Shown here in pieces: positions 27,716 through 36,542 of a stretch of DNA of 64,000 bases. The notes under the pieces were generated by a model. The model was not told the DNA's origin. It saw only the letters and a program-made list of their open reading frames with translations, and searched no databases. The position numbers and the translations under genes were made by a program. Positions within the stretch are counted from its first letter, which is position 1. Each line of letters starts with the position of its first letter. The DNA is from an uncultured Acetobacteraceae bacterium (GTDB lineage Bacteria > Pseudomonadota > Alphaproteobacteria > Acetobacterales > Acetobacteraceae): assembly GCA_964249405.1 (NCBI GenBank), contig CAXUBX010000002.1, positions 2,958 through 66,957 on the forward strand. Reading direction: 5' to 3'.

Positions 27716-28594
27716 TCAACCGATGCCTTCGGGTGCGAGATCGACCGCGACCTCGAGCGTGTGCCGGCCGCCGCCCAGGATCACGCCGTATAACGGGCTC
27801 ACGTCCGAGAAGTCGCGCCCCCAGCCGAGCACGACATGCTGGTCGCCGACTGCGATGTCGTTGGTGGGGTCGAGGCCGATCCAGCCGAGCGCCGGCCCGA
27901 GCCAGGCGCCGACCCAGGCATGGCTGACGTCCGATCCCTGGCGCCTCGCGGTATCGGGCGCGGGACGGGTCCGGATGTAGCCGGACACGTAGCGCGCCGG
28001 CAGCCCGATCGCCCGAAGACAGGACAGCATGAGATGGGTGAAGTCCTGGCAGACGCCCTCGCGGGACGCGAGCAGCTCGCCGACCGTGGTCGCGAGCGTG
28101 GTCACGCCGGGCTTGAACCGGAAGTCGGCATGGATCTTCGCGTTGAGCGCGAGCAGTCCGGCGAGGATCGGCGTACGCGGCGCGAAGCAGGCCGCGGCGT
28201 AGGCGCGCGCCGCCTCGCTCCGAGGCAGTTTCGGGCTCGGGAGCAGGAACTCGAACACGTCCCACCCTGAGGCGCTCCTGGCCGCCGACGCCACGTCTTC
28301 CCACCCGGGCGTGTCCGCCTCCCGCGGCAGCGCGGGAAAGCGGACATCGACCACGGAACGCGTCGTCACGACGAAGCGCCTGTGCGGCGTCTCGATCGTG
28401 AGCCAGGCGGTCCGGTTGCCGAAATGGTCGCGCGCCTCCCGTTCGAAGCTCGGCGCCGGCTCGGTGGCGAGCGCCGCGCTGATCACGGTCTGCCCGCCCG
28501 CGACCGGGCGCGGCAGCAGATGGGCGAGATGCGACCCGAGCTCGACCGGAGTGCGATAGGAATACGTCGTGACATGGCGGACGCGGTAGATCAT
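27716..28594 (-). CDS. Transglutaminase-fold family protein (Bact_transglu_N + transglutaminase core)
   Basis: N-terminus MIYRVRHVTTYSYRTPVELGSH. Catalytic-like Cys (REGVCQDFTH), His (VSHAWVGAW) and Asp (GLDPTN). ATG 28594 overlaps the upstream stop (ATGA). Confidence 0.85.
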   Translation of the reverse strand: MIYRVRHVTTYSYRTPVELGSHLAHLLPRPVAGGQTVISAALATEPAPSFEREARDHFGNRTAWLTIETPHRRFVVTTRSVVDVRFPALPREADTPGWEDVASAARSASGWDVFEFLLPSPKLPRSEAARAYAAACFAPRTPILAGLLALNAKIHADFRFKPGVTTLATTVGELLASREGVCQDFTHLMLSCLRAIGLPARYVSGYIRTRPAPDTARRQGSDVSHAWVGAWLGPALGWIGLDPTNDIAVGDQHVVLGWGRDFSDVSPLYGVILGGGRHTLEVAVDLAPEGIG

Positions 28595-31206
28595 CCGCCG
28601 ACCGTCCGCATCGCGGCGGGAAGCAGGTCGATGTAGCGGCGTGCGACCGCCCGCTGGAGACCGGTGATCCCGGCTTCCGCCTCGGCAAGCCCGGCCCGCA
28701 GTGCCGCCGCCGCTCGCTCCGGATCCTCCGCGTCCAGCATGTCGCCGACCAGCCCGTCGACCTCCCGCAGCATCGTTTCCACGCGGTCGAGCATGGTGAC
28801 GCCGCCGATCTCGCCGAGGCTCCTGAGCAGGCCCGCCGCCTCGGCAAGCTGGAAGGCGAGGGCCCGCGGGTTGAGCCGGTCGGCGAGCAGGAGATCGAGC
28901 ACGAGCCCGGCCTCGATCGGACCGGGATAGCGGCCGCGATAGGTGATCGTGCTGTCCCGCAGTTCCAGCAGCAGGCCGAGTGCGGCGTCGAAGTCGGGGC
29001 CCGGCTCGCGCCCGCTCGCGTCGCCCGGCAGCACGGCGGCCGGTCCGAGCGCCGTGCCCAGTTCGGCCACCACGGTCGCCGCGCGTTCGAGCCGGAGGCC
29101 GAGCTCGAGGAACAGCCGGCTGCCGCCCCGCGTCATCGTCTCCGCCGCGAGGCCCGCGAGGGTGGCGGTGAAGCCGAGGATGGCCGCCGTCACGTGGCCG
29201 AGCGTATCGAGGTCTCCGCCACCCGGCTCGGCGAACCCGTCGAGAGCAAGGCCGAGGCTCCGGCTCAACGTCCCGTGCATTTCGCTCGTGATCCGGTCGC
29301 GGAGGCGCTCGATCCGGAGCGCCGTTCGCCGGACCCCGGTCGCGAGCGGGCTGCCACCCGACGCGAGATGGGCGAGTGCCGCGGCAAGCCCGGGAGCCGC
29401 CGGATCGAGCAAGGCCTCGCGCGGCAGAAGTCCCGTCCGGAGCAGCGACGCGCTCAGGATCCGGAGCTCCACGAGTTCCCGGGGGCGCCCGACATAGCGT
29501 TCGAGCCGCGTCGCGAGCGCCCGGGTCAGCCGCGCGCCCGTCTCCAGCTGCTCCCATTCGCGCCCCAGCGAGAAGAATTCCTCGGCGACCCGGGCGGGCA
29601 GGTCGCCCTCGAGGCGTCGGGGCACCGGTCGCGACCTGGCGAAGATCCGTTCCGGCGAGACCGGCCAGGCGAGGATCTCCGCGGTGTCGTCCTCGCCGCT
29701 CGGCAGCACGAACAGGTCCTTCGACAGGCCCTGGCACGGCAGCGGTCCGCCCGCCTGCTCGCCCTCGTCGAGAACCCGGACGAAGCCCGAGGGCAGCGGC
29801 ACCCACCGGTCGCCGTCGTGGAGAAGGAAGATCCGGATCGAGACCGGCCGCGGCACGAGGCTCCGCTCTCCGATCGACGGCGCGGCCGACGGCTCGACCG
29901 CCCGGGTCGCGACGAACGTCCCCCCGTGCTCGGCGATCGCCGACCAGAGCCGCGCGCAGGCCCCCGCGCCGAGCCGGACCGGATCGATCGCCGGGACCGC
30001 GGGATCGACCGCGCTCCGGATCCGCCAGCGTTCCGGTTCGGAGCGGAGCCGGGCACGGGCACCCTCCTCGCCGAGCCAGATCGTCTCGACCGACGCGAGA
30101 GCCCGCGTCACGTCCCGTCCGAGCAGGCGTTCTCCGAGTGCGGGCAGGAAGCACGCGAGGGCCGGCACCTCCGCAAGCGCGGCACCGGGGTCGTTCAGCA
30201 CGGTGACGCGGCCGGTGCGCTGCAGGGCGAGAAGGCCGGGGACGCCGCTGCCGGTCGTCCAGTCGAGCTCCAGGGGATCGAGGAGGTGGGCGTCCTGGCG
30301 TGCGAGGATCACGTCGACGCGCCGCAGCCCGCGCAGGCTCTTGACGAACGCGAACCCGTCCCGGAGCGTCAGGTCGCCCCCCTGCACGAGATCGCAGCCG
30401 AGCTCGCGCGCGATGATCACCTGCTCGAACCAGGCGGGATCGCGGTGCCCTTCGCTCAGCAGCACCAGGCGTCCGTCATCTCCGGCGTCCGGCGCGCCGG
30501 GCGGTCGGCTGCGGCGGAGCACGTCCCGCCACAGCTCGAAGAAGCGTCCGAGGCCGGCGACGTCGGCCCGGAACAGCTCCGGCATCACGCGGCGCAACAG
30601 ACGGCGGTTCTCCAGCAGCCTGCCGATGCCCCCGGGCCGCGCGCACGCATCGCCGGCGACGAGGAACGACCCGTCGGGGGCGCGCACGAGGTCGGCGGCG
30701 TAGAGCGACAGGCGTCGTCGCCCCGCGCGCTGTTCCGTCCGGGACGGCCGGAGGAAATGGCGGGCGCCGAACACGATGTCCGGTGGCAGCCTTCCCTCGG
30801 ACAGCAGCGACTGTGGTCCGTAGAGGTCGTCGAGCACGGCTTCCAGGAGTGTCGCCCGCTCCGCGAGCCCGCGCACGATCGCGGCGAACTCGGGTCCGGC
30901 CATGATCAGCGGCACCGGATCGCAGCGCCACGAGGGCGCGTCCCGGTCGGCGAGCAGGGCGGCCGCCCCCTCCTCCTCGGCTGCCTGGTCGAGGGAGCGC
31001 GCGCGCTCGGCGAGAACCGGGAACCCGAGCGACTGCAGGACCTCGAAGCCGCGCCGCCAGGCGGGGCGGATCCGCCCCGCCCCGTCCACCATCTCGTCGC
31101 GGGGCGCCGAGCCGCTCCCGGACACGCTCAACCCGCGTCGCGATCGTGTCGGCCGCGGCATTCGGCGCGCGGTGGCCGCCCGAGGCTCGCCCCGTCGTCC
31201 TGGCAT
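28591..31206 (-). CDS. Fused circularly permuted type-2 ATP-grasp / alpha-E domain protein
   Basis: ORF of up to 871 aa. The N-terminal half (DEMVDGAGRIRPAWRR...LGARHFLRPS...) resembles CP ATP-grasp type 2. The C-terminal roughly 320 aa (ARVAEEFFSLGREWEQLE...ITYRGRYPG) resembles alpha-E. The true start probably lies between 31092 and 31206. Confidence 0.7.
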   Translation of the reverse strand: MPGRRGEPRAATARRMPRPTRSRRGLSVSGSGSAPRDEMVDGAGRIRPAWRRGFEVLQSLGFPVLAERARSLDQAAEEEGAAALLADRDAPSWRCDPVPLIMAGPEFAAIVRGLAERATLLEAVLDDLYGPQSLLSEGRLPPDIVFGARHFLRPSRTEQRAGRRRLSLYAADLVRAPDGSFLVAGDACARPGGIGRLLENRRLLRRVMPELFRADVAGLGRFFELWRDVLRRSRPPGAPDAGDDGRLVLLSEGHRDPAWFEQVIIARELGCDLVQGGDLTLRDGFAFVKSLRGLRRVDVILARQDAHLLDPLELDWTTGSGVPGLLALQRTGRVTVLNDPGAALAEVPALACFLPALGERLLGRDVTRALASVETIWLGEEGARARLRSEPERWRIRSAVDPAVPAIDPVRLGAGACARLWSAIAEHGGTFVATRAVEPSAAPSIGERSLVPRPVSIRIFLLHDGDRWVPLPSGFVRVLDEGEQAGGPLPCQGLSKDLFVLPSGEDDTAEILAWPVSPERIFARSRPVPRRLEGDLPARVAEEFFSLGREWEQLETGARLTRALATRLERYVGRPRELVELRILSASLLRTGLLPREALLDPAAPGLAAALAHLASGGSPLATGVRRTALRIERLRDRITSEMHGTLSRSLGLALDGFAEPGGGDLDTLGHVTAAILGFTATLAGLAAETMTRGGSRLFLELGLRLERAATVVAELGTALGPAAVLPGDASGREPGPDFDAALGLLLELRDSTITYRGRYPGPIEAGLVLDLLLADRLNPRALAFQLAEAAGLLRSLGEIGGVTMLDRVETMLREVDGLVGDMLDAEDPERAAAALRAGLAEAEAGITGLQRAVARRYIDLLPAAMRTVGG

Positions 31207-31353
31207 GGGGTCCGGTGCGTCGGCGCGGCGTGCAGTGCCATCAGTCAGAACGATCTCCAGGCCGGATCGAACCCGTGCCGCGACGTGTCACCCGGCACGA
31301 GCGCGAGTGTGCGAAACGACGCGCGCTGCCGCAACGAGCGGAGCAGTCTTGTG

Positions 31354-31722
31354 TCAGGCCGCCTCGGTCCGTGCCCGGACCTCGCGAAGGATGGCGACGA
31401 GGTCCTCACGCCGGAACGGTTTGCCGAGGACGTGCTCGTGCGGTCGCGGGGCCTGTCCGGCGCGATCCTCGGTATGTCCGCTGATGAACAGCAGTTCCGT
31501 TCCGGCATGGCGGCTTCTCGCGATGTTGGCGAGATCCATCCCGGTCAGTCCCGGGCCGAGATCGATGTCGGTGACCAGGAGGTCGATCTGCTCGCCGCTT
31601 CCCAGCAGCACCAGCGCCTCCTCGGCGTAGCCGACGCCGTCCGCCTCGACGCCCTCGTCGATCAGGATCTCCGCGATCAGCTCCCGGATCAGCGGATCGT
31701 CCTCCACCACCAGCACACGCAT
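31354..31722 (-). CDS. Single-domain response regulator (CheY-like receiver)
   Basis: MRVLVVEDDPLIRELI, LLVTDIDLGP (putative phospho-Asp) and a late KPF motif. No output domain. An alternative TTG start lies at 31731. Confidence 0.8.
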   Translation of the reverse strand: MRVLVVEDDPLIRELIAEILIDEGVEADGVGYAEEALVLLGSGEQIDLLVTDIDLGPGLTGMDLANIARSRHAGTELLFISGHTEDRAGQAPRPHEHVLGKPFRREDLVAILREVRARTEAA

Positions 31723-31734
31723 CGAGGCCAAGGC

Positions 31735-32139
31735 TCAGAAACGCCTCGGCGCCGTCTCGTGATCGACGTCGCGCAGATCGGGCCCCTTCTCGCCGTCCTC
31801 GAGATCGTCGTCGTCGAGGTCCGAAGACGGGTTGGTCCGATCGCCGCCGTGCGCGACGATCTCGCGGGCCATCGGACCCGCGGTCCGGTCCACGGTCCAG
31901 ATCCGCTTGAGCCCTTCGGCCACCGCCCGATCCTTCGCGAACCCGATGGCGGCCTCCCAGTCGAGCGGGGCCCCGTCCGCACCGGTCGGGGTCGCGGTCT
32001 CCTCGCTGCGGTCGGGGTTCGTCACCACGAGCTCGATCGCGAGCGTATCCGGTGCGTCTTCCGAGAAGCGTCGCATCAGCACCACCGAATGTCCGCCCGG
32101 AAGCGGGTCGTGGGGCGCGAGCGTCCTGATTTCTGTCAT
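31735..32139 (-). CDS. Hypothetical protein (134 aa, acidic C-terminal tail)
   Basis: ATG 32139 is preceded by GGAGGA with good spacing. High GC3. The stop lies 12 nt before the receiver ATG. I recognised no family (MTEIRTLAPHDPLPGGHSVVLMRRF...DLDDDDLEDGEKGPDL). Confidence 0.55.
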   Translation of the reverse strand: MTEIRTLAPHDPLPGGHSVVLMRRFSEDAPDTLAIELVVTNPDRSEETATPTGADGAPLDWEAAIGFAKDRAVAEGLKRIWTVDRTAGPMAREIVAHGGDRTNPSSDLDDDDLEDGEKGPDLRDVDHETAPRRF

Positions 32140-32215
32140 GTGTCCTCCGTTCGGGCGTCTAACGGCGCGACGCGCCGGTGGTTGTCGCCGCACCGGCTCC
32201 GGTGCCGCCCGGCCG

Positions 32216-33427
32216 TCAGTGCCGCATCAGCACCGGCAGCTCGGCATTCGCGAGCACGTGGTTCGTGACCCCGCCGAGGAGGCGCTCGCGGAACGCCGAG
32301 TGACGATAGGCCCCGAGCACGAGGAGGTCGGCCCCGATGTCCCGGGCCGCCGCGAGCAGGCGCGGACCGGCCGGACCCTCGCCCGGGAGTGGCCGCGTCA
32401 CGGCCGTGATCCCCGCCTCGGCCAGGATCGTCGGCGGTCTCGCCGCTCCGCCGTCCGTCAGCAGCGTGACCTGGTCCGCTGCCCGCAGCAGCGGCAGCGC
32501 GGTGCGGACAGCGCCCTTCACGCGACGATCGCCGCTCCACGCGATCGCGACGTGCCGACCGGACAGGCCGTCACGCCACGCCGGCGGCACCAGCACGACC
32601 GGCCGACGTCCGTCGAAGATCGCGCCGTGGAGCACGGCAGGGCGTGCTCCCGCGCGGCCTTCCTCTCGCGGCCGCTCCATTGCCACCACGTCGGACCCTG
32701 CCACGAGCGAGCCGACCGCCAATGCCAGGTCGCCGCTCGGCTCGACCCAGTCCGCTCTCGGCGCGATCCGGCCCGGCCTGTCGCGCCACCCGTCGAAGGT
32801 CTCCCGCAGCATCTCGGCCCCGCCGTCGGCCTCGCCGGCCTCGGGCGTGACGTCCTCCGTTCGCGACACCACGTCGGGAGCCGCGGGGCGGAGCGCCAGG
32901 ACGCCGATCCGGCCGCCGCCCGACGTGCGGAGCAGCGTCTCGGCGACGTCCAGTATGGTCCCCGCCTGATCCGCGTGGTCGAGCAACGCCAGCACGGTCG
33001 TGCCCTCGTGCAGCGCCCCGTCGGCGGCACGACCGGCCTGGCGGACGGCGGCCGTGGCCGCGACGGCATGGCCCGCCGCGACGCCGGCGAGGCAGAGCAG
33101 GACCGAGAACGCGACGTTCCCGAACGCCGCGAGCGGCCTCGCCTCGCGGACCAGGTCGAGCGTCTGCAGGCTGAACGACGAGAAGGTCGTGAAACCACCG
33201 CAGATCCCGACCATGACGAACGCCCGGAGCACCGGGCCCGACGGAAGCAGGCCGCCCGGCAGGGTGGAGGTGCCGACGAAGCCGATGACCGCGCTGCCGG
33301 CGATGTTGATCACGATGGTGGGCCAGGGAAACGACGTCCCGACCAGCGCCGCCCCGGCATTGCCGACGAGCAGGCGCAGCACGCTCCCGAGCGCGCCGCC
33401 GGCCGCCACCACCAGGATCGTCAGCAC
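32216..33427 (-). CDS. crcB: CrcB/Fluc fluoride channel domain fused in frame to tandem universal stress protein (USP) domains
   Basis: Single uninterrupted 403-aa ORF. Residues 1 to about 125 are CrcB-like (VINIAGSAVIGF...GICGGFTTFSSFSL). The rest is two USP-like repeats ending ADLLVLGAYRHSAFRERLLGGVTNHVLANAELPVLMRH. Confidence 0.7.
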   Translation of the reverse strand: MLTILVVAAGGALGSVLRLLVGNAGAALVGTSFPWPTIVINIAGSAVIGFVGTSTLPGGLLPSGPVLRAFVMVGICGGFTTFSSFSLQTLDLVREARPLAAFGNVAFSVLLCLAGVAAGHAVAATAAVRQAGRAADGALHEGTTVLALLDHADQAGTILDVAETLLRTSGGGRIGVLALRPAAPDVVSRTEDVTPEAGEADGGAEMLRETFDGWRDRPGRIAPRADWVEPSGDLALAVGSLVAGSDVVAMERPREEGRAGARPAVLHGAIFDGRRPVVLVPPAWRDGLSGRHVAIAWSGDRRVKGAVRTALPLLRAADQVTLLTDGGAARPPTILAEAGITAVTRPLPGEGPAGPRLLAAARDIGADLLVLGAYRHSAFRERLLGGVTNHVLANAELPVLMRH

Positions 33428-33586
33428 GCGCGCGTTCCTGTCCGAGGCGTCCCGGCCGCGCCGGCGAGCCCGTGCTCGCCGAAGCCGAGGCGACGCTTGC
33501 CGGCACCTGGGACCGTCGGGAACATCTCGTGCCGCATCCCGTCGTTGTGCCGCAACCCACGGCTTCGGGCCAGGAGGAGGTCACCC

Positions 33587-34456
33587 ATGGATCGACACGA
33601 GATCGGAACCGACGCGCTCTCCGCGACGGTGCTGGCCGAGGGTGCCGAACTCTGCTCGCTGAGGGCGTCTCGGGCCGGCGAACTCCTCTGGCAGGCGGGT
33701 CCGGCGTGGAAGCGCCACGCACCGGTCCTGTTCCCGATCGTCGGCCGGCTGGCGGACGACACGTTGCGGGTCGGGGCACACCGGTCGCGGATGACCCAGC
33801 ACGGTTTCGCGCGTGACCGCGTCTTCCGGCTGGACACCGCCGACGCGACCTCCTGCCGGTTCTCGCTCGAGGACGACGAGGCGACGCGGGCGGTCTATCC
33901 GTTCCCGTTCCGCCTCACCCTCGACTACGACATCGCCGGGACCACGCTCCGGACCACCTATCGTCTCGCCAACACCGGCGGGACGACCCTTCTCGCTTCG
34001 CTCGGGACCCACCCCGCGTTCCGCTGGCCGCTCGCCGACGGCGTCGCGAAGGAGGCGCATCGTCTGGTGTTCGAAGCCGACGAGCCGGGCCCGGTTCGCC
34101 GGCTCCGGGACGGGCTGCTGGAGGACGGCGCCGTTCCGTCTCCGGTGGCGTCTCGCGTGCTCCGGTTGTCCGATGACCTGTTCGCGCACGACGCGGTCAT
34201 CCTGGAGCGTCCCGCGAGCCGTCGGGTCCGCTACGAGGCGGAGGGGTGCCGCCACGCCGTCATCGTTTCCTGGGAGGGGTTCTCGACACTCGGCATCTGG
34301 TCGAAGCCGGCCGACTTCGTCTGCATCGAGCCCTGGTCCGGGATCGCCAGCCCGGCCGGCTTCGACGGCGATCTGGCGGACAAGCCCGGCGTGCTCGCGG
34401 TGGAACCGGGCGGCGTGCTGGAGCGTCGCCTGCGGTTCACCATCGAACAGGATTGA
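33587..34456 (+). CDS. Aldose 1-epimerase family protein
   Basis: 289 aa. PVLFPIVGRL...MTQHGFARD...THPAF...CIEPW is typical of the small aldose-epimerase family. AGGAGGAGG precedes ATG 33587. Confidence 0.8.
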   Translation: MDRHEIGTDALSATVLAEGAELCSLRASRAGELLWQAGPAWKRHAPVLFPIVGRLADDTLRVGAHRSRMTQHGFARDRVFRLDTADATSCRFSLEDDEATRAVYPFPFRLTLDYDIAGTTLRTTYRLANTGGTTLLASLGTHPAFRWPLADGVAKEAHRLVFEADEPGPVRRLRDGLLEDGAVPSPVASRVLRLSDDLFAHDAVILERPASRRVRYEAEGCRHAVIVSWEGFSTLGIWSKPADFVCIEPWSGIASPAGFDGDLADKPGVLAVEPGGVLERRLRFTIEQD

Positions 34457-34468
34457 GGGCAACCCGGG

Positions 34469-35107
34469 ATGAGCGCGCGCGGCGTGGAAGCGATCGGGCC
34501 CGGTGCGTTCCTGTTACGCGAGTTCGTCCCGGCGGCGGCGCGGGCCGGCTTGCGCGAGGCGATCGCGTCGGTCGCCGAAGCGGCACCGTTCCGTCGCTAC
34601 GAGACGCCCGGCGGCCGGCTGATGTCGGTCGCCGTCACCTGCTGCGGCGACACCGGCTGGGTCAGCGACCGGCGCGGCTACCGCTACGAGGATCGCGATC
34701 CCCGGACCGGCCTCCGGTGGCCACCGATGCCGCCCGGCTTCGCGGCGCTGGCGTCGTGTGCGGCGGCGGAAGCGCGCTTTCCGGACTACCGCCCGGACAG
34801 CTGCCTCGTGAACCGCTACAGCCCCGGAACGGCGCTCTCGCTCCACCAGGACCGGGACGAGCCGGACCGCCTCGCACCGATCGTGTCGGTCTCGCTCGGC
34901 CTGCCCGCCGTGTTTCTCTGGGGCGGTCTCCGCCGGACCGACCCGGTCCGGCGTTTCGCGCTCGCCGACGGCGACGTCGCGGTGTGGGGCGGTCCATCCC
35001 GCCTCGCCTATCACGGGATCGCGCGCCTCAAGCCGCCGTCCGGGCTGCTGGACGACCCGGACTGCCGTCTCAACCTGACGTTCCGGCGCGCGACCGCGGG
35101 CGCGTAG
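34469..35107 (+). CDS. alkB: Alpha-ketoglutarate-dependent dioxygenase AlkB
   Basis: 212 aa. LVNRYSPGTALSLHQDRDE (HxD), SRLAYHGI (distal His) and NLTFRRA. Confidence 0.85.
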   Translation: MSARGVEAIGPGAFLLREFVPAAARAGLREAIASVAEAAPFRRYETPGGRLMSVAVTCCGDTGWVSDRRGYRYEDRDPRTGLRWPPMPPGFAALASCAAAEARFPDYRPDSCLVNRYSPGTALSLHQDRDEPDRLAPIVSVSLGLPAVFLWGGLRRTDPVRRFALADGDVAVWGGPSRLAYHGIARLKPPSGLLDDPDCRLNLTFRRATAGA

Positions 35108-35142
35108 ATCCCGCGACCGGGGGCGCGTAGATCCGTCATGCC

Positions 35143-36492
35143 ATGGACACGATGATCGAACGGGGCGGCCCGACCGTCCGGGAGCTGCTGGACGCGCGCC
35201 GCGACACGCTCGCGATGGATCACCGGCAAGGGCTTTGCTGCGAAGGCATTCCGCTCGCGGCGATCGCCGACGCGACCGGGACACCGGCCTGGGTGATCGG
35301 CGCCGCTACGATCCGGGCGCGCTATCGCCGCCTGGCGCGGGCGATGAGCGAGGCCGGCCTCGGGCGGAACGGGATCCATTACGCGGTCAAGGCGAACGAC
35401 CACCTGGCCGTGCTGTCCGTGCTCGCACGCGAAGGGGCGGGCGCCGACGTGGTGAGCGGCGGCGAGCTTCGTCGCGCAAGGGCGGCCGGCGTTCCGCCCG
35501 ACCGGATCGTCTTCTCGGGCGTCGGCAAGACCGCGGACGAGCTGGCCCTCGCGGTCGCGACCGGGATCGCGGCCGTCCACGTCGAGAGCGCCGAGGAACT
35601 GGCGGCGCTCTCCGCGATCGCCACCGCCGCGGGTCGGACCCAGGACGTGGCGCTCCGGATCAATCCGGACATCGACGCCGGCGGGCACGACAAGATCAGC
35701 ACCGGACGGGCGGGAGACAAGTTCGGGATCCCGCTCGGAGACGCGGTGGCCACCTGGGCCCGTGCCGCCGCCCTGCCGGGGATCCGTCCGGTCGGGCTCG
35801 CGTGCCATGTCGGCAGCCAGATCGACGAGCCGGCGACGTTCGCCGCCGCGGCGTCGCGCCTCGCCTCCGTCACGCGCGCGCTGCGGGGCGCCGGGCACGC
35901 CGTCCGGATCCTCGACGTCGGCGGCGGCCTCGCGGTCGGCTACGGGGTCGGCGCCCGTGACGCCGACCCCGATGCGGTCGCGCGCGCGATCGCCGCCGTG
36001 CTCGCCCCGCTTGAGCTCGAGGTCGCGATCGAGCCCGGCCGCTGGCTGGTCGCGGGCGCCGGCCTTCTCCTCGCGTCCGTGGTGCGCCGAAAGCAGGTCG
36101 AGCCGCATCCGTTCATCATCCTGGACGCGGCGATGAACGATCTCGCGCGCCCGGCCCTGTACGGGGCCTGGCACGGCATCCTTCCGGTCGCGCCCTGGCC
36201 CGAGGCCGCCGACGAGATCGTCGAGGTGGTCGGCCCGGTCTGCGAGAGCGGCGACGTGCTGGCGCCGTCGCGTCTCCTGCCACGCCTCGCGCCGCCGGCG
36301 CGCGTGGCGATCCTCGACACCGGCGCGTATGGTGCGGTGATGAGCTCCGCGTACAACGCGCGTCCGTTCGCGCCCGTGGTGATGATCGACAACGGCGCCT
36401 TCCACGTCGTCCGGCCGCGGCAGCCCGTCGAGAACCTCTGGGCGGCCGAGACCGTGCCGCCCGCGGGACCGGCGGAAGGACGCGTCTCCTGA
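35143..36492 (+). CDS. lysA: Diaminopimelate decarboxylase
   Basis: HYAVKAN (PLP lysine), GGGLAVGY and VGPVCESGD motifs. The in-frame ATG at 35215 gives a more typical 425-aa length. Confidence 0.9.
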   Translation: MDTMIERGGPTVRELLDARRDTLAMDHRQGLCCEGIPLAAIADATGTPAWVIGAATIRARYRRLARAMSEAGLGRNGIHYAVKANDHLAVLSVLAREGAGADVVSGGELRRARAAGVPPDRIVFSGVGKTADELALAVATGIAAVHVESAEELAALSAIATAAGRTQDVALRINPDIDAGGHDKISTGRAGDKFGIPLGDAVATWARAAALPGIRPVGLACHVGSQIDEPATFAAAASRLASVTRALRGAGHAVRILDVGGGLAVGYGVGARDADPDAVARAIAAVLAPLELEVAIEPGRWLVAGAGLLLASVVRRKQVEPHPFIILDAAMNDLARPALYGAWHGILPVAPWPEAADEIVEVVGPVCESGDVLAPSRLLPRLAPPARVAILDTGAYGAVMSSAYNARPFAPVVMIDNGAFHVVRPRQPVENLWAAETVPPAGPAEGRVS

Positions 36493-36542
36493 CGCCGCCC
36501 CGATCCCACTCCCGTCTCGAACGCGCCCGGTCGCGTGCGCAC

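Noticed and set aside
33428-33586. Fluoride (crcB-motif) riboswitch expected upstream of the crcB-USP ORF.
   Set aside because: I read the minus-strand sequence of the spacer and could not find the conserved GGnGATGG...CTGATGA-type core elements. This was a by-eye check only, and a covariance-model scan would be decisive.
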